Source: an uncultured cyanobacterium (GTDB lineage: Bacteria > Cyanobacteriota > Cyanobacteriia > Cyanobacteriales > CAWCAG01). Taken from it: DNA of 64,000 bases. Under the pieces are notes generated by a model. That model made no database searches. It was not told where the DNA came from and saw only the letters and a list, made by a program, of their open reading frames with translations. A program made the position numbers and the translations under genes. Location: contig CAWDOD010000003.1 of the NCBI GenBank assembly GCA_963803805.1, positions 352,001-416,000 of the forward strand. The letters run 5' to 3'. Positions 1-10,501 of this stretch are shown piece after piece (the stretch's first letter is position 1; the number at the start of each line of letters is the position of its first letter).

Positions 1-8
1 AATTCACC

Positions 9-1292
9 ATGACTCAAACTAACTTAGATTTTTTAGCTCAAACAGATCCCAAAGTTGCAGAAATCCTGAACTTAGAACTTCAACGCCAAAGAAGTCATTT
101 AGAGTTGATTGCTAGTGAGAACTTTACTTCCCCAGCAGTAATGGCTGCCCAAGGTTCGATGATGACTAATAAGTATGCAGAGGGGTTGCCGGGGAAACGC
201 TACTATGGTGGCTGTGAATATCATGATCAAGTGGAACAATTAGCCATAGATCGGGCTAAAGAGTTATTTGGTGCAGCTAGTGCCAACGTTCAACCCCATT
301 CTGGGGCGCAAGCTAACTTTGCTGTCTTCCTGACTTTACTAAAACCAGGAGACACCATTATGGGTATGGATTTAGCCCATGGTGGACATTTAACCCACGG
401 TTCCCCAGTTAATGTTTCTGGTAAGTGGTTTAAGGTGGTGCAGTATGGCGTTAACCCCGATACAGAAAGATTAGACTTTGGGCAGATTCGGGAATTAGCG
501 AAAAAAGAACAACCTAAGTTAATTATTTGCGGCTACTCTGCTTATTCTCGTACCATTGACTTTGCTAAGTTTCGGGAGATTGCCGATGAAGTGGGGGCAT
601 ACTTACTCGCAGACATCGCCCACATTGCTGGTTTGGTAGCCACAGGACACCATCCTAACCCCATTCCTCACTGTGATGTTGTCACCACAACCACCCACAA
701 AACTCTCCGTGGCCCCCGTGGCGGCTTGATTCTTAGTCGTGATGCAGATTTAGGTAAAAAGTTAAATAAAGGGGTCTTCCCCGGCACTCAAGGGGGACCT
801 TTAGAACACGTAATTGCAGCTAAGGCAGTGGCTTTTGGGGAAGCTTTGAGTAATGATTTCAAAAACTACTGCGGACAGGTAATTAGCAACGCCCAAACTT
901 TAGCCACAGGGTTAAACAAAAGAGGGTTTAAGATCGTTTCTGATGGTACAGACAACCACCTCCTGTTAGTGGATTTGCGTTCCATTGGCATGACAGGTAA
1001 ACGTGCCGATGCCCTGGTGAGTGAAGTAAACATTACTGCTAATAAAAATACGGTTCCTTTTGATCCGGAATCACCGTTTGTTACCAGTGGTTTGCGCCTG
1101 GGTTCCCCGGCTATGACAACTAGGGGGATGGGTAGTAAAGAGTTTACGGAAATTGCTAATATTATCGCCGATTGTCTTTTAAATCCAGAGGATGAGGCGA
1201 TTAAAAGCGATTGTAAAAATAGGGTGACTGCTTTATGCGATCGCTTCCCCCTTTATCCTCATTTGCAAATTCCTGTCCCAGCTTTAGCGTAG
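9..1292 (+). CDS. glyA: Serine hydroxymethyltransferase
   Basis: [22 protein letters not shown] and PLP-lysine motif [13 protein letters not shown]. Confidence 0.99.
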   Translation: MTQTNLDFLAQTDPKVAEILNLELQRQRSHLELIASENFTSPAVMAAQGSMMTNKYAEGLPGKRYYGGCEYHDQVEQLAIDRAKELFGAASANVQPHSGAQANFAVFLTLLKPGDTIMGMDLAHGGHLTHGSPVNVSGKWFKVVQYGVNPDTERLDFGQIRELAKKEQPKLIICGYSAYSRTIDFAKFREIADEVGAYLLADIAHIAGLVATGHHPNPIPHCDVVTTTTHKTLRGPRGGLILSRDADLGKKLNKGVFPGTQGGPLEHVIAAKAVAFGEALSNDFKNYCGQVISNAQTLATGLNKRGFKIVSDGTDNHLLLVDLRSIGMTGKRADALVSEVNITANKNTVPFDPESPFVTSGLRLGSPAMTTRGMGSKEFTEIANIIADCLLNPEDEAIKSDCKNRVTALCDRFPLYPHLQIPVPALA

Positions 1293-1317
1293 TTATTTGT
1301 AGGGTGGGCAGTGATCA

Positions 1318-1908
1318 TTAATTTCTCCTTGCCCACCTTACAAAGCGTCTTCGATAAGCCAACAAAAAAGCCACAAGGAGGCAAGCAAAGCCAACAACAG
1401 CGGGAAACAAAACTGTGGTGAGGGAGTAATGTTCTAAAGCTAAGATAACTAAGAGATTGCGAACAGAAGAAAGGGCGAAAAAGCTTACCCTCTCCTCATA
1501 GGGTTGTATATAAGCCTTCCTGATGGTTGGCCCAAACCCAAATAGGTCTACAAGAGTGAGTATAACTACTGCCCACAAAGGGTTTGAGGTGAGAAACCAA
1601 CAAGGCAATGCCCAGAGTGCCGCTATGAAAAATAACCAATCAGTCTTGGTGATAACAGTGTCACCGCGCTTGAGATAGGCAAGTAGAGCAATGTAACTCG
1701 ATATCAAACCAGAAATACAGATAACCCAAGCCCCCGCACCGCCGCCACCTGCAAGTTGAGCAAAGGAGACAATCAAAGTGCCAAGTCCCCAGATTACCCA
1801 GGAGAAAACATGAGGCTTTGTTTCTCCCTGTTGAATAGAACGGATGTAGGGAAAAAATAGAGCGAATGTCAGGGCGGTAGCAATTGTACTTAGCAATTCC
1901 TTAGACAT
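1318..1908 (-). CDS. Hypothetical multi-pass membrane protein (PQ-loop-like two-repeat architecture)
   Basis: About 7 hydrophobic segments; repeated P-Y/T-I-R motifs (FPYIRSI, GPTIRKA). Confidence 0.65.
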   Translation of the reverse strand: MSKELLSTIATALTFALFFPYIRSIQQGETKPHVFSWVIWGLGTLIVSFAQLAGGGGAGAWVICISGLISSYIALLAYLKRGDTVITKTDWLFFIAALWALPCWFLTSNPLWAVVILTLVDLFGFGPTIRKAYIQPYEERVSFFALSSVRNLLVILALEHYSLTTVLFPAVVGFACLLVAFLLAYRRRFVRWARRN

Positions 1909-2013
1909 AACTATTAAGAAGAAACCACTAAGCTAAGATACGTTTAAACTAGTATTAATCAACTTAGCCTAATTTACCATCGTTTTTTTTGTTGAACAAG
2001 TTTTAGATTAATT

Positions 2014-2844
2014 ATGCGTCAAATTATTCCTTTACTGGCTACCCTCACAGCACTTATATCCCTTCAAGCTAGTGCTTCTCCTCTGTTAAATTCTCCTAGT
2101 AAATTTCTTCAGGCTCAAACTCAACAGCCCAATAGTGACTCAGGCTTGTCTTTGTTGATAGAATCTTTACGGGATTTTCTGCAATATGATACCCACACAA
2201 CACAATCCTACTTACAAGTAGATGGGCAATCTCCAGGAGTAGAATTTAAAGTTTACGTGCAAATTAATACTACAGTTAGCTCACCTAATAAGTTTCGCTC
2301 AGAAATTGTCTTCGGTCAATTAGGAGAGACTCCAGGTAATCGTTACGAAGTGATTTCTAATGGTGAAGATGTCTGGATTTACCAACCAGAGAAACAAATT
2401 TATCAGGTTACTGATTATGAAAGTTTTGACGGTTCCACTGATTCCTTTTTGATTGGTTTATCCTCTACTTTATTCTTACAAATTCCTCCTTTCTTCCGTA
2501 GTTTCCTTAATGAAGGTACAGACATTGCAATGATTGAGAGTCTACTAGGTTCTAGTGTTCCTGATTCTCTTAGTGGCGAAGCGGTTACTATTGAAGGACA
2601 ACAATATGCTGCTTATGAGTTTAATGATGAGGATTCTGGTTTTAATATTGGGGTGGTTTTAGATCCTGTTAACAAAACACTCAAACAAGTTAATTTTCAA
2701 GGAGTTAGCGAAGAGCTAAATATAGAAGCTACTGAGCAAATTAGTAGCAGAGTTGCTAACCCTCCAGTAACTACTGATACTTTCAATTTTGTACCCACAG
2801 AAGAAATGACAGAAGTAGAAGAAATTAAGGTTAGTCCTATTTAA
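2014..2844 (+). CDS. Exported LolA-fold / DUF2092-like protein
   Basis: Signal peptide ending ASA; PNKFRSE...VISNGEDVWIYQP pattern and C-terminal FNFVP typical of LolA-like proteins. Confidence 0.7.
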   Translation: MRQIIPLLATLTALISLQASASPLLNSPSKFLQAQTQQPNSDSGLSLLIESLRDFLQYDTHTTQSYLQVDGQSPGVEFKVYVQINTTVSSPNKFRSEIVFGQLGETPGNRYEVISNGEDVWIYQPEKQIYQVTDYESFDGSTDSFLIGLSSTLFLQIPPFFRSFLNEGTDIAMIESLLGSSVPDSLSGEAVTIEGQQYAAYEFNDEDSGFNIGVVLDPVNKTLKQVNFQGVSEELNIEATEQISSRVANPPVTTDTFNFVPTEEMTEVEEIKVSPI

Positions 2845-2856
2845 AAGAAACAACTA

Positions 2857-2911
2857 TATCCCCCTATCTCCCCATCAAACCTAATAAGTAAATTAAATGC
2901 CTGATAGCTTA
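2857..2911. repeat. 55-bp dispersed repeat, partial copy of the 5836-5963 element
   Basis: Matches 5909-5963 at 54/55 nt (TATCCCCCTATCTCCCCATCAAACCTAATAAGTAAATTAAATGCCTGAYAGCTTA). Confidence 0.9.
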
Positions 2912-2988
2912 ACGTATCCTACACCTGGAGATTTGAGTTCTTTTAGTCCAGTAGGGCGATACATCGTTACCGTTTCATTTGTGGACAT
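2893..2988 (-). pseudogene. Possible truncated N-terminal remnant of a small 'ADP-ribosylation/crystallin J1'-annotated family gene
   Basis: Reads MSTNETVTMYRPTGLKEL then runs into the repeat and stops; YRPxGxxEL resembles that family's N-terminus (from memory). Confidence 0.35.
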
Positions 2989-3076
2989 ATATATGAATTA
3001 ATTTAAACCTGTTGTCGTTGAATAAATACTATATTGTTGGGTGAACAAAGAAAGCTAAGAATAGTGAAACAAATTA

Positions 3077-4972
3077 TCAAGAAAATTGCCAAATTTTAAC
3101 AGTTTTATCACGGGAAGCACTAGCAATAATTTTACTATCAATACTGACAGCTACACCTAAAACTCCTGAATCATGTCCAGCTAATTCATGCAACAAACTA
3201 CCGCTACTAGGATGGTAAATTCTTACCACCTTATCTTGATTGCCACTAATTAAAAGATTGCCCTCGTTGTTCATCGCCAAGGCATTAACTGGGGTTGAGT
3301 TAGAAGTTATTTCTTTAATTAAGTTACCATCTTCTAGTTGCCAAAACTTAATCGTGCCGTCACTGCTAGAACTAATCATAATTCTATCACTGGGGGTATA
3401 AACTAAAGAAGTAACTTCTTGGCTATGGGCCTTGATTCCTTGCCTTAATTGGTAACTTTGTAAATCCCAAAACTTCACTGTGCCATCGCTACTACCACTA
3501 ACTAAATTATGACCATCAGAACTAATTTGTAAACTCTGGATAGGATTTTCTTGGGTAGGGAAAGTATGTTTGAGTTCATTAGTGGTTAAGTCCCAGAGTT
3601 TAATGGTTTTATCCGCACTACCACTAACCAAAACTTCTCCATCACTACTAATTGCTAAAGTTCTAATCCAGCCTGTATGCCCCGTTAAGTTAGTAATCTC
3701 TTCTCCTGTTTCTATTTGCCAAATCTTAATTTGATTATCCCAACTCGCACTAATAATTCTTTCCCCTTCAGGGCTAAAAAACACTGCTTCTACCAAGCTT
3801 TGATGCCCTAAGAAATTTTGTTCTAATTTCTTGCTGTTTAAGTTCCAAACTTTCACACTTCTATCCGCACCACAACTAGCAAGGTATTTACCATCCAAGC
3901 TAAAACTTAAACTATGAACGGAACTTAAATGTCCTTTTAAAGTAGCTAAACAATGCCACGTAGGAGCTAAAGTAGATAGAGTAGATTTGGGAAGAGTTTG
4001 TTTTTGCTTAGGAGAAAGAGTGATAGTTTGACCAGAATTAAGATCTTGATAAACTTCCGTTGCTGATTGATAGCGTTCTTGAACTTTATCTGCTAACATT
4101 TTGTTAATTACTGCTGCAAATTTGTCAGTAACAGGATTAAGTAAATAATCTTGCCAGACCCATTTAGCTTCATAGCGACTAAAGAGATCGAAAGGATCTA
4201 TTTGAGTTAGTAAGTAAATACAAATCACTCCTAAACTATAAATATCGCTAGCATAAATAGCTTGTCCCATTAATTGTTCTGGGGCAGTATAAGAAGCAGA
4301 ACCAATTACTGTTCCTTGTTTAGCTAAAGCGGTTTTTGTAGTTACTTTTGCGGCACTGAAATCAACAATAAATAATGTTGCTTTTTCTTGTTGAACGGCA
4401 GTAATTTCTATTTCTGTAAGTTCTTTCTGAAAGCGAGAAGAGTAAATAATATTGTTAGGATTAAGGTCACGATGAATTACTCCTTGGTCGTGGATAAATT
4501 GTAAAATAGATAGTAATTCCTTGAGGAACTCTTTAACTTTGTTTTCTGACCAAGCCCCTTCATTCATCAACCTTTCTTGTAAGCTTTCTCCGGTAATCAA
4601 TTCTTGAACTACAGTAGGTAAACCAGAAGGGGAAGTAAGGTTTTCATTTTCAAAGTAACCTAAAAGAGATGGTATTTGTGGATGTTGACCAACTTTTTGT
4701 AATTGCTGACAAATTGTCCGAAATTTTGTGACAGCCTCTTGACTATTTTTAGTTCCTTGATTAAGAAGTGAAACTTGTTTGATTACACATTCTGTTGGTT
4801 GAAGATTGGCTTCATCTCTTCCTAAAAAAGTCCGACCAAAACCTCCTTGACTGATAAGCTTAATAGCACGAAAGCGATTTCCTAAGCTTAACTGAGAACC
4901 ACAATTAGTACAAAATTTTCCTGAATCAGAATTTTGTGGTTTGCTACAAGTAGGATTGAGGCAATAAGTCAT
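3077..4972 (-). CDS. Ser/Thr protein kinase with C-terminal WD40 propeller
   Basis: N-terminal YCLNPTC...FCTNCG Zn-ribbon; GGFGRTF; HRDLNPNN; DFS; YTAPEQ; about 7 GH...WD repeats. Confidence 0.92.
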   Translation of the reverse strand: MTYCLNPTCSKPQNSDSGKFCTNCGSQLSLGNRFRAIKLISQGGFGRTFLGRDEANLQPTECVIKQVSLLNQGTKNSQEAVTKFRTICQQLQKVGQHPQIPSLLGYFENENLTSPSGLPTVVQELITGESLQERLMNEGAWSENKVKEFLKELLSILQFIHDQGVIHRDLNPNNIIYSSRFQKELTEIEITAVQQEKATLFIVDFSAAKVTTKTALAKQGTVIGSASYTAPEQLMGQAIYASDIYSLGVICIYLLTQIDPFDLFSRYEAKWVWQDYLLNPVTDKFAAVINKMLADKVQERYQSATEVYQDLNSGQTITLSPKQKQTLPKSTLSTLAPTWHCLATLKGHLSSVHSLSFSLDGKYLASCGADRSVKVWNLNSKKLEQNFLGHQSLVEAVFFSPEGERIISASWDNQIKIWQIETGEEITNLTGHTGWIRTLAISSDGEVLVSGSADKTIKLWDLTTNELKHTFPTQENPIQSLQISSDGHNLVSGSSDGTVKFWDLQSYQLRQGIKAHSQEVTSLVYTPSDRIMISSSSDGTIKFWQLEDGNLIKEITSNSTPVNALAMNNEGNLLISGNQDKVVRIYHPSSGSLLHELAGHDSGVLGVAVSIDSKIIASASRDKTVKIWQFS

Positions 4973-5037
4973 TTTTTTAGGTGATGGGTAATGGCTGTTA
5001 CTATTTCCTAGAAATGATCTAAGAAGGAAAATTAATT

Positions 5038-5817
5038 ATGAGCTTTAAATTGAATAATGTTGTTCCTTGGGGACGTTCTTTTGTTGAATATACTAAGATG
5101 TTTAGTCTAACAGAAGCTGATTTAGAAAAGAAAATTCTTGATTGTGCAGGTGGCCCTGCTAGTTTTAATGCAAAAATGAACTATGGTGGGAATAAAGTTA
5201 TTTCTTGTGACCCAATCTACCAGTTTACAGAAGCAGAAATAAGAAGTCGCATTCAAGAAACTTCTTCACTTATTGTTGCTGGATTACAAGCTAGCTTAGA
5301 TAGATTTGTTTGGCAAGAAATAGAATCTCCCTTAGAATTATATAGGCTCAGAATGGAAGCAATGGATAAGTTCTTGAGAGATTTTCCCCAGGGTAAAGCT
5401 GAAGGACGCTATCTTAGTCGAAAACTTCCTAAACTTGAGGATTTGGAGTTTAATGCTAATAAACTACCAATTATTTGGCTACTCCTGCGAAAATTTGATG
5501 TCATAGCTGGTACTATATTTCTGCACCAACATCTTCCTTTCTCGGACAATAGTTTTGACCTCGCTTTATGTAGCCACTTTCTTTTTACTTACTCAGAACA
5601 ACTTTCTTTTAATTTTCATCTAACTGCGATTTTAGAATTATGTAGGGTAGCTAAAGAGGTGAGAATTTTCCCTCTTTTAGAAAATTTCACAGGCGAAGTT
5701 TCTCCTCACCTTCAACCAGTTATTAAGCAACTAGCAGAAAGAGGGTATGAAGTAAATATTAAAGAAGTTGCCTACGAGTTTCAACAGGGAGGTAATCAAA
5801 TGTTACAGGTTATTTGA
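5038..5817 (+). CDS. Class I SAM-dependent methyltransferase-like protein
   Basis: ILDCAGGPASF motif I; LPFSDNSFDLALCSHFLF; ELCRVAKEVRIFPL. Confidence 0.8.
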   Translation: MSFKLNNVVPWGRSFVEYTKMFSLTEADLEKKILDCAGGPASFNAKMNYGGNKVISCDPIYQFTEAEIRSRIQETSSLIVAGLQASLDRFVWQEIESPLELYRLRMEAMDKFLRDFPQGKAEGRYLSRKLPKLEDLEFNANKLPIIWLLLRKFDVIAGTIFLHQHLPFSDNSFDLALCSHFLFTYSEQLSFNFHLTAILELCRVAKEVRIFPLLENFTGEVSPHLQPVIKQLAERGYEVNIKEVAYEFQQGGNQMLQVI

Positions 5818-5835
5818 ACTGTTAGGTATTTAGAT

Positions 5836-5963
5836 TAAGCTGATGTGCATTTAAACTGTGTATTACTCAACTAGGAAATAAGCTCTAAAACCCTCCCCCC
5901 AATCTCCCTATCCCCCTATCTCCCCATCAAACCTAATAAGTAAATTAAATGCCTGACAGCTTA
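5836..5963. mobile_element. MITE/REP-like non-autonomous element, 128 bp, with imperfect terminal inverted repeats
   Basis: Left end TAAGCTG-ATGT-GCATTTAA; right end reverse complement TAAGCTG-TCAG-GCATTTAA; right half duplicated at 2857-2911. Confidence 0.65.
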
Positions 5964-6047
5964 GTTGCCAGGGTAGGGGGATAGTCAGTTTTTCAATAGT
6001 CAACAGTAAATTAGTGGAGTGGACATTGCCCACTCCTTGTTTCTATT

Positions 6048-7655
6048 CTAAATTTCTCTCAATTCAAAAACTCCCAAAATTTGACGTAATTGATCCTTAA
6101 AGTCACCTCTAATTACTAACTTTCCTTTTTCTCTAAAGTAACGGTTACTTTGAAAACATAATTCTGTAGCAAATTGAGGAGATTTGAGAATTAAATCAAC
6201 TTCTCCGGTACTACTAATTATGCCTTGCACATTATCAGCATTGTTGTATTGGTTATCTGGAAAATAATTGCTTAAAAATTGACCATTTTGTTGAAGATTA
6301 ACTGTTTTTAAACGAGTAACTTGCTGAGTAAATACTAGTTGCCACAAGGCTTGTTCTGCACTTAAATCCACAACCGATGGCTTTTGCTCAGTTGGATGAT
6401 TAATATCTTTAGTAAAAGAACTATTAAAGTCGAGAGATTTAAGGGAGTAATTACCACTAAAAAAAGCTAAAATCAAGAGTAAAGCAAAAACGAAAGCTTG
6501 CCAATTCCAGGTAACAAAAGTAGTCATAACTTTTTTTGCAAATTGTACAATCTCTTCTAATAAGCTAGGAGGTTTTAGCTTTTTTTCTAACTCAATAGGT
6601 GAAGCCGTAGGATTTTGAAAAATCATCGGCAACCAGCTTGCACAGGGAAATTCACTTTCTAGACCTTGTAAACGTTCTCTTGCTTCTCTTACTGCACAAT
6701 GAAGAGATTTGCTTTCTATCCAAGCGGTGAGAAAATGTTTTAAAAAGTCTTGGGCTACTCGGTCAGGTACTAACTCGCGCATCACAATTGTTTGGGGAAT
6801 TTGTAACTCATTCAATTGTTGAGCTAAACCTAAACCATCACAAGAATTCAAAATAGCAAGCTGCAAACCATTAGTAACAGCTTGCCTTAAACCATAACGA
6901 AGTTCATCAATGGTTAAACTTTCAGTTTGATTAAGATAAATTCGCCCGGTTTCTCCTTCAGTTTCGCTGTGACCAGCAAAAAAGATAATATCCCAAGGAT
7001 GCTGCCATAACTGTTCATTGAGTTTTTGATGTTGGGGTTCAACTAGAAAGACTACCTTAGTATTAGGTAAACTCTCCAAATACTCGCGGTCTGCATTGAT
7101 ATTAATACCTTCACTATGACCAAGAATAGCTAACACCCTTAATTTACCTTTATTAAATACTGGAGTTGCTATTTTATTACGTTCTAAATGGTAACTACCC
7201 ATAACCACCTCGGCTTGAGGATAACGTTCTACTAAATCCCAAAGATGCCAAGGTAGTTTTGGTAAATTAGCATCTTGGCTACGAACTAAAACCTTAATTT
7301 CTTCATCTCGACTCAAAGTTTCTCGAATACGCTTATCAAGGGGTAGAAACTCCTCAGAATTGAGCCATTGATTAAAAAGTCCCCTTAGCTGTAAACTTGA
7401 CTGTTGGCAGGCTGCCAGCTTTTTATTAGGGGAACCGTCATAAAGGACTCTTTTCGCCTTAAGACGGGCAGGGCTGCCAAGGCTACGATATTGATGATGC
7501 CAATGTTGTGTTAAGCAATGGGCTAATTCTGGAGATTTAGGCAAATAACCACAGGTTTCTATTTCTGGAAGTTGCTCTTGTTTACCAACTTCTAAATTAA
7601 CTCGAAAGCCTTGGTGTAAATCTCCATCTAACTTGAGGACTACTAACTTATCCAT
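6048..7655 (-). CDS. CHAT-domain (caspase-like) protease with a TM helix and C-terminal extracytoplasmic region
   Basis: LPKLPWHLW, FFAGHS (catalytic His), ILNSCDGL (catalytic Cys), FPCASWLP; hydrophobic AFVFALLLILAFF. Confidence 0.88.
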   Translation of the reverse strand: MDKLVVLKLDGDLHQGFRVNLEVGKQEQLPEIETCGYLPKSPELAHCLTQHWHHQYRSLGSPARLKAKRVLYDGSPNKKLAACQQSSLQLRGLFNQWLNSEEFLPLDKRIRETLSRDEEIKVLVRSQDANLPKLPWHLWDLVERYPQAEVVMGSYHLERNKIATPVFNKGKLRVLAILGHSEGININADREYLESLPNTKVVFLVEPQHQKLNEQLWQHPWDIIFFAGHSETEGETGRIYLNQTESLTIDELRYGLRQAVTNGLQLAILNSCDGLGLAQQLNELQIPQTIVMRELVPDRVAQDFLKHFLTAWIESKSLHCAVREARERLQGLESEFPCASWLPMIFQNPTASPIELEKKLKPPSLLEEIVQFAKKVMTTFVTWNWQAFVFALLLILAFFSGNYSLKSLDFNSSFTKDINHPTEQKPSVVDLSAEQALWQLVFTQQVTRLKTVNLQQNGQFLSNYFPDNQYNNADNVQGIISSTGEVDLILKSPQFATELCFQSNRYFREKGKLVIRGDFKDQLRQILGVFELREI

Positions 7656-7964
7656 AATAATGACCTGGACAAAAGGATGTTGAGGTTAGTCCCAAAAAGA
7701 AATATTCTCTAGTCAAGCAAATACCATAGATGTCACTGAGATTAGATAAATTTATGCCTCAGTAGTTATATGGATTGAATCACTTGTCAGAGTCTCTATC
7801 TAAGGGAGTATACCGCTACATCAGGTTAAATTAGGGTAGGTGTCCTGAAGCAAGGCCAATTCATGAGGGGCTATAACTCTTATTTTGTGGGCTATAGAAA
7901 CTTCATCAATGGTAATCAACTTCGGGACAAATTGAATTTCTGGGAAAAATAATCAATTGTATTT

Positions 7965-10400
7965 ATGCCGCGATATAGTACTAGCGATAACGTCAAGAAG
8001 CGCGTTTTAAGATTATTAGAGAGGTTATTAATCTACGCGAATCAAGAAACAACTGACTATGAGTACTTTGCGGAGAAGGTAGTTGTTAGATGGCAAGATG
8101 AAGATGGTGAAAACCCTAGATTATTGGTGAAAACCAAACTAAAATATCTTGTTGAACTAGTATTTTCATGCAAGGATAGCAAAAAACAAAAGGAATACCT
8201 TAGACACGATCTGGGTTTACTAGAGAATTTCCTCGGTATTTTGGAAGATCATCGTATTAAAAAACAGGGATCAGATGAATGGTTGTTCACTCTAAAACTT
8301 TGGCATCGGTCTGTAGAAATAAATTTGGCTAAATGTGAAGCACAATGGCGCAAGCTGAAATCATCGGGATCGCCAAAAGCAAATTCATCTCACCCAGAAG
8401 ACTCAGAAAGATTGCCTAAGCAATTACCACCTCAAACTCCCCGTCTTTACTATAATTTACCAGCACGCCACCACACAGCTTTTATTGGTTTTAAAAGGGA
8501 TTTAACTAAACTACTGAAATTACTTTCTTCTCACCACTCAAGCAATATTATTACTATTGAAGGAATAGGGGGGATTGGCAAAACAACCTTAGTCTTAGAA
8601 GCAGCTTGTCGTTGCTTAGAAGCAATATCTGCCCCGGAAGCTTATCCTGGTGTTCCTAACTTTGGAGCAATCATTTTCAACTCAGCACAAATTCAAAGAT
8701 TTCGTGGCCCATACCTATCTTCAAGACTACGTCCAGAAAGAAATTTACAAGATATTTTTCGTACCATCTTTCGTACTTTTAAATGCCTAGAAAAAGCCCC
8801 AGGAGATTTTAATACTCAGCTAGATTTTGCTATAGAACTGTTGCAAGGGCAACCAACTTTATTAATTGTTGATAACTTAGAAACCATCCAAGATCAAGAA
8901 CTAGTTTTTTCTTTTATTGAAGAACTTCCCTCAACAGTTAAAGTTGTACTCACTAGCCGTATCCGTTTAGGTTTTGGTTCAACCATTCCCTTAGATGGCT
9001 TATCCCCCGAAGAAGGTTTAGAACTAATCCAGTACAAGGCTTTGGAAAAAGAAGTACAACTTTCTGCGGCGCAATGCCAAAGCATTTATGAAAAAACAGG
9101 GGGACATCCTTTAGGGATTACCTACACCATCGGTCAAATTGCAGTTTATGGTACTTCTCCTAGCTTGGCTACCACCCATTTAAAAAAGTCTTCAGAAACC
9201 TTTAGCCGCTACTGCTTTGAAGATTCTGTAGGGCGCTTTCGAGGGCAGATAGCCCATAAGTTACTTTTGGCTTTGACTTTATTTCCCCAATCGGCTGCAC
9301 CAGAAGCTATCTTTGACATTGCAGCGCCGCAAGTTGCTCCTGAAATTAGACAAGAAGCGTTAGGAAAACTTTATGAACTTTCTTTATTAAGGAAAGAAGG
9401 TGCAAGATATACGATGCACTCTTTAACCTGTGAATATATTAGCGCCGAGTTAAGGGTTGATTCACAACTGCGAAATTCCTGGGTGAAATGGTATCTTAAA
9501 TTCTTAACCCCTTACCAAAAACTTCATTGGCAAGAGTGGCAAGACTACGAACCCCTACAGCAAGAATGGCTCAATTTGCGGGAAGTCATGGAATGGTGTC
9601 AAAGCCAAAATCGCTATGAAGATGTACAGAAACTTTGGCACTCCCTCAAAGGCTACACTTTATTTAATGGCTATTGGTGCGATCGCTTAGCTTGGTTAGA
9701 TTGGTTAATTGAGGCTGCCCAAGTCAGGGAAGATTGGCTTGTGGTTGCTGATGCGACTCATCACAAAGGAAGAACATTGGCACATATTAATCAAGCCGAT
9801 CCTCAAGGAGAAGCTTTTGCATTAGGAGAACAAGCTTTGCAACTATGCAAGTCTCAAGATGTTAATCTCCAGCTTGATATAGTTGCTTATCTAATTTATT
9901 TATTAAGTAAAAAACAACAATTCTCTGTAGCAAAAGATTGGCTTAAGCAAGGATACCAAATACTTTCACAAATCCCTCAAACAGATAAAATGTATACTCG
10001 CCAAGAAATTCAACTCCTTTACTGTCAAGCAGAATTGTACAAAAGCACTAACAACTATCAAAAAAGCCAACACTACTACCAAAAAGCTTTGCAAAAAGCA
10101 CAAGCAATTAATTGGCAACGTATGATTGCCTATATTCAAGGGGGTATTGCGGCTATATTGCTAGACAAAGGAGATTTTTCAGCAGCAAAGGTATTGTTCC
10201 AAAAAGTTCTAAAACAAGCTACAATTCACCAAGATAAGCGCTGTCTTGCTTTCTGTAAACATTATCTAGCTATTTTAGAAAAACAACAGGACAACTTATC
10301 ACTATCTCGCAACTGGGCAGAGTCAGCCCAACAAAGTTTTGCCAATCTAAATATGAACAAAGAAGCAGCAGAAATGGCAGTGTTGATGAGGAATAACTGA
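7965..10400 (+). CDS. NB-ARC (STAND) NTPase with C-terminal TPR-like repeats
   Basis: Walker A GIGGIGKTT, Walker B LLIVDNLE, VLTSR, GGHPLGI, MHSL; helical TPR-like tail. Confidence 0.9.
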   Translation: MPRYSTSDNVKKRVLRLLERLLIYANQETTDYEYFAEKVVVRWQDEDGENPRLLVKTKLKYLVELVFSCKDSKKQKEYLRHDLGLLENFLGILEDHRIKKQGSDEWLFTLKLWHRSVEINLAKCEAQWRKLKSSGSPKANSSHPEDSERLPKQLPPQTPRLYYNLPARHHTAFIGFKRDLTKLLKLLSSHHSSNIITIEGIGGIGKTTLVLEAACRCLEAISAPEAYPGVPNFGAIIFNSAQIQRFRGPYLSSRLRPERNLQDIFRTIFRTFKCLEKAPGDFNTQLDFAIELLQGQPTLLIVDNLETIQDQELVFSFIEELPSTVKVVLTSRIRLGFGSTIPLDGLSPEEGLELIQYKALEKEVQLSAAQCQSIYEKTGGHPLGITYTIGQIAVYGTSPSLATTHLKKSSETFSRYCFEDSVGRFRGQIAHKLLLALTLFPQSAAPEAIFDIAAPQVAPEIRQEALGKLYELSLLRKEGARYTMHSLTCEYISAELRVDSQLRNSWVKWYLKFLTPYQKLHWQEWQDYEPLQQEWLNLREVMEWCQSQNRYEDVQKLWHSLKGYTLFNGYWCDRLAWLDWLIEAAQVREDWLVVADATHHKGRTLAHINQADPQGEAFALGEQALQLCKSQDVNLQLDIVAYLIYLLSKKQQFSVAKDWLKQGYQILSQIPQTDKMYTRQEIQLLYCQAELYKSTNNYQKSQHYYQKALQKAQAINWQRMIAYIQGGIAAILLDKGDFSAAKVLFQKVLKQATIHQDKRCLAFCKHYLAILEKQQDNLSLSRNWAESAQQSFANLNMNKEAAEMAVLMRNN

Positions 10401-10501
10401 TGCACCGTTTGGTATGTTGGTTATTTGACTAATGGCTAATGGCTAAGTGTCCCCAAGGCAACTCTGAACTTCCGCCTTGATTATCAATCATAAACTCAAA
10501 G

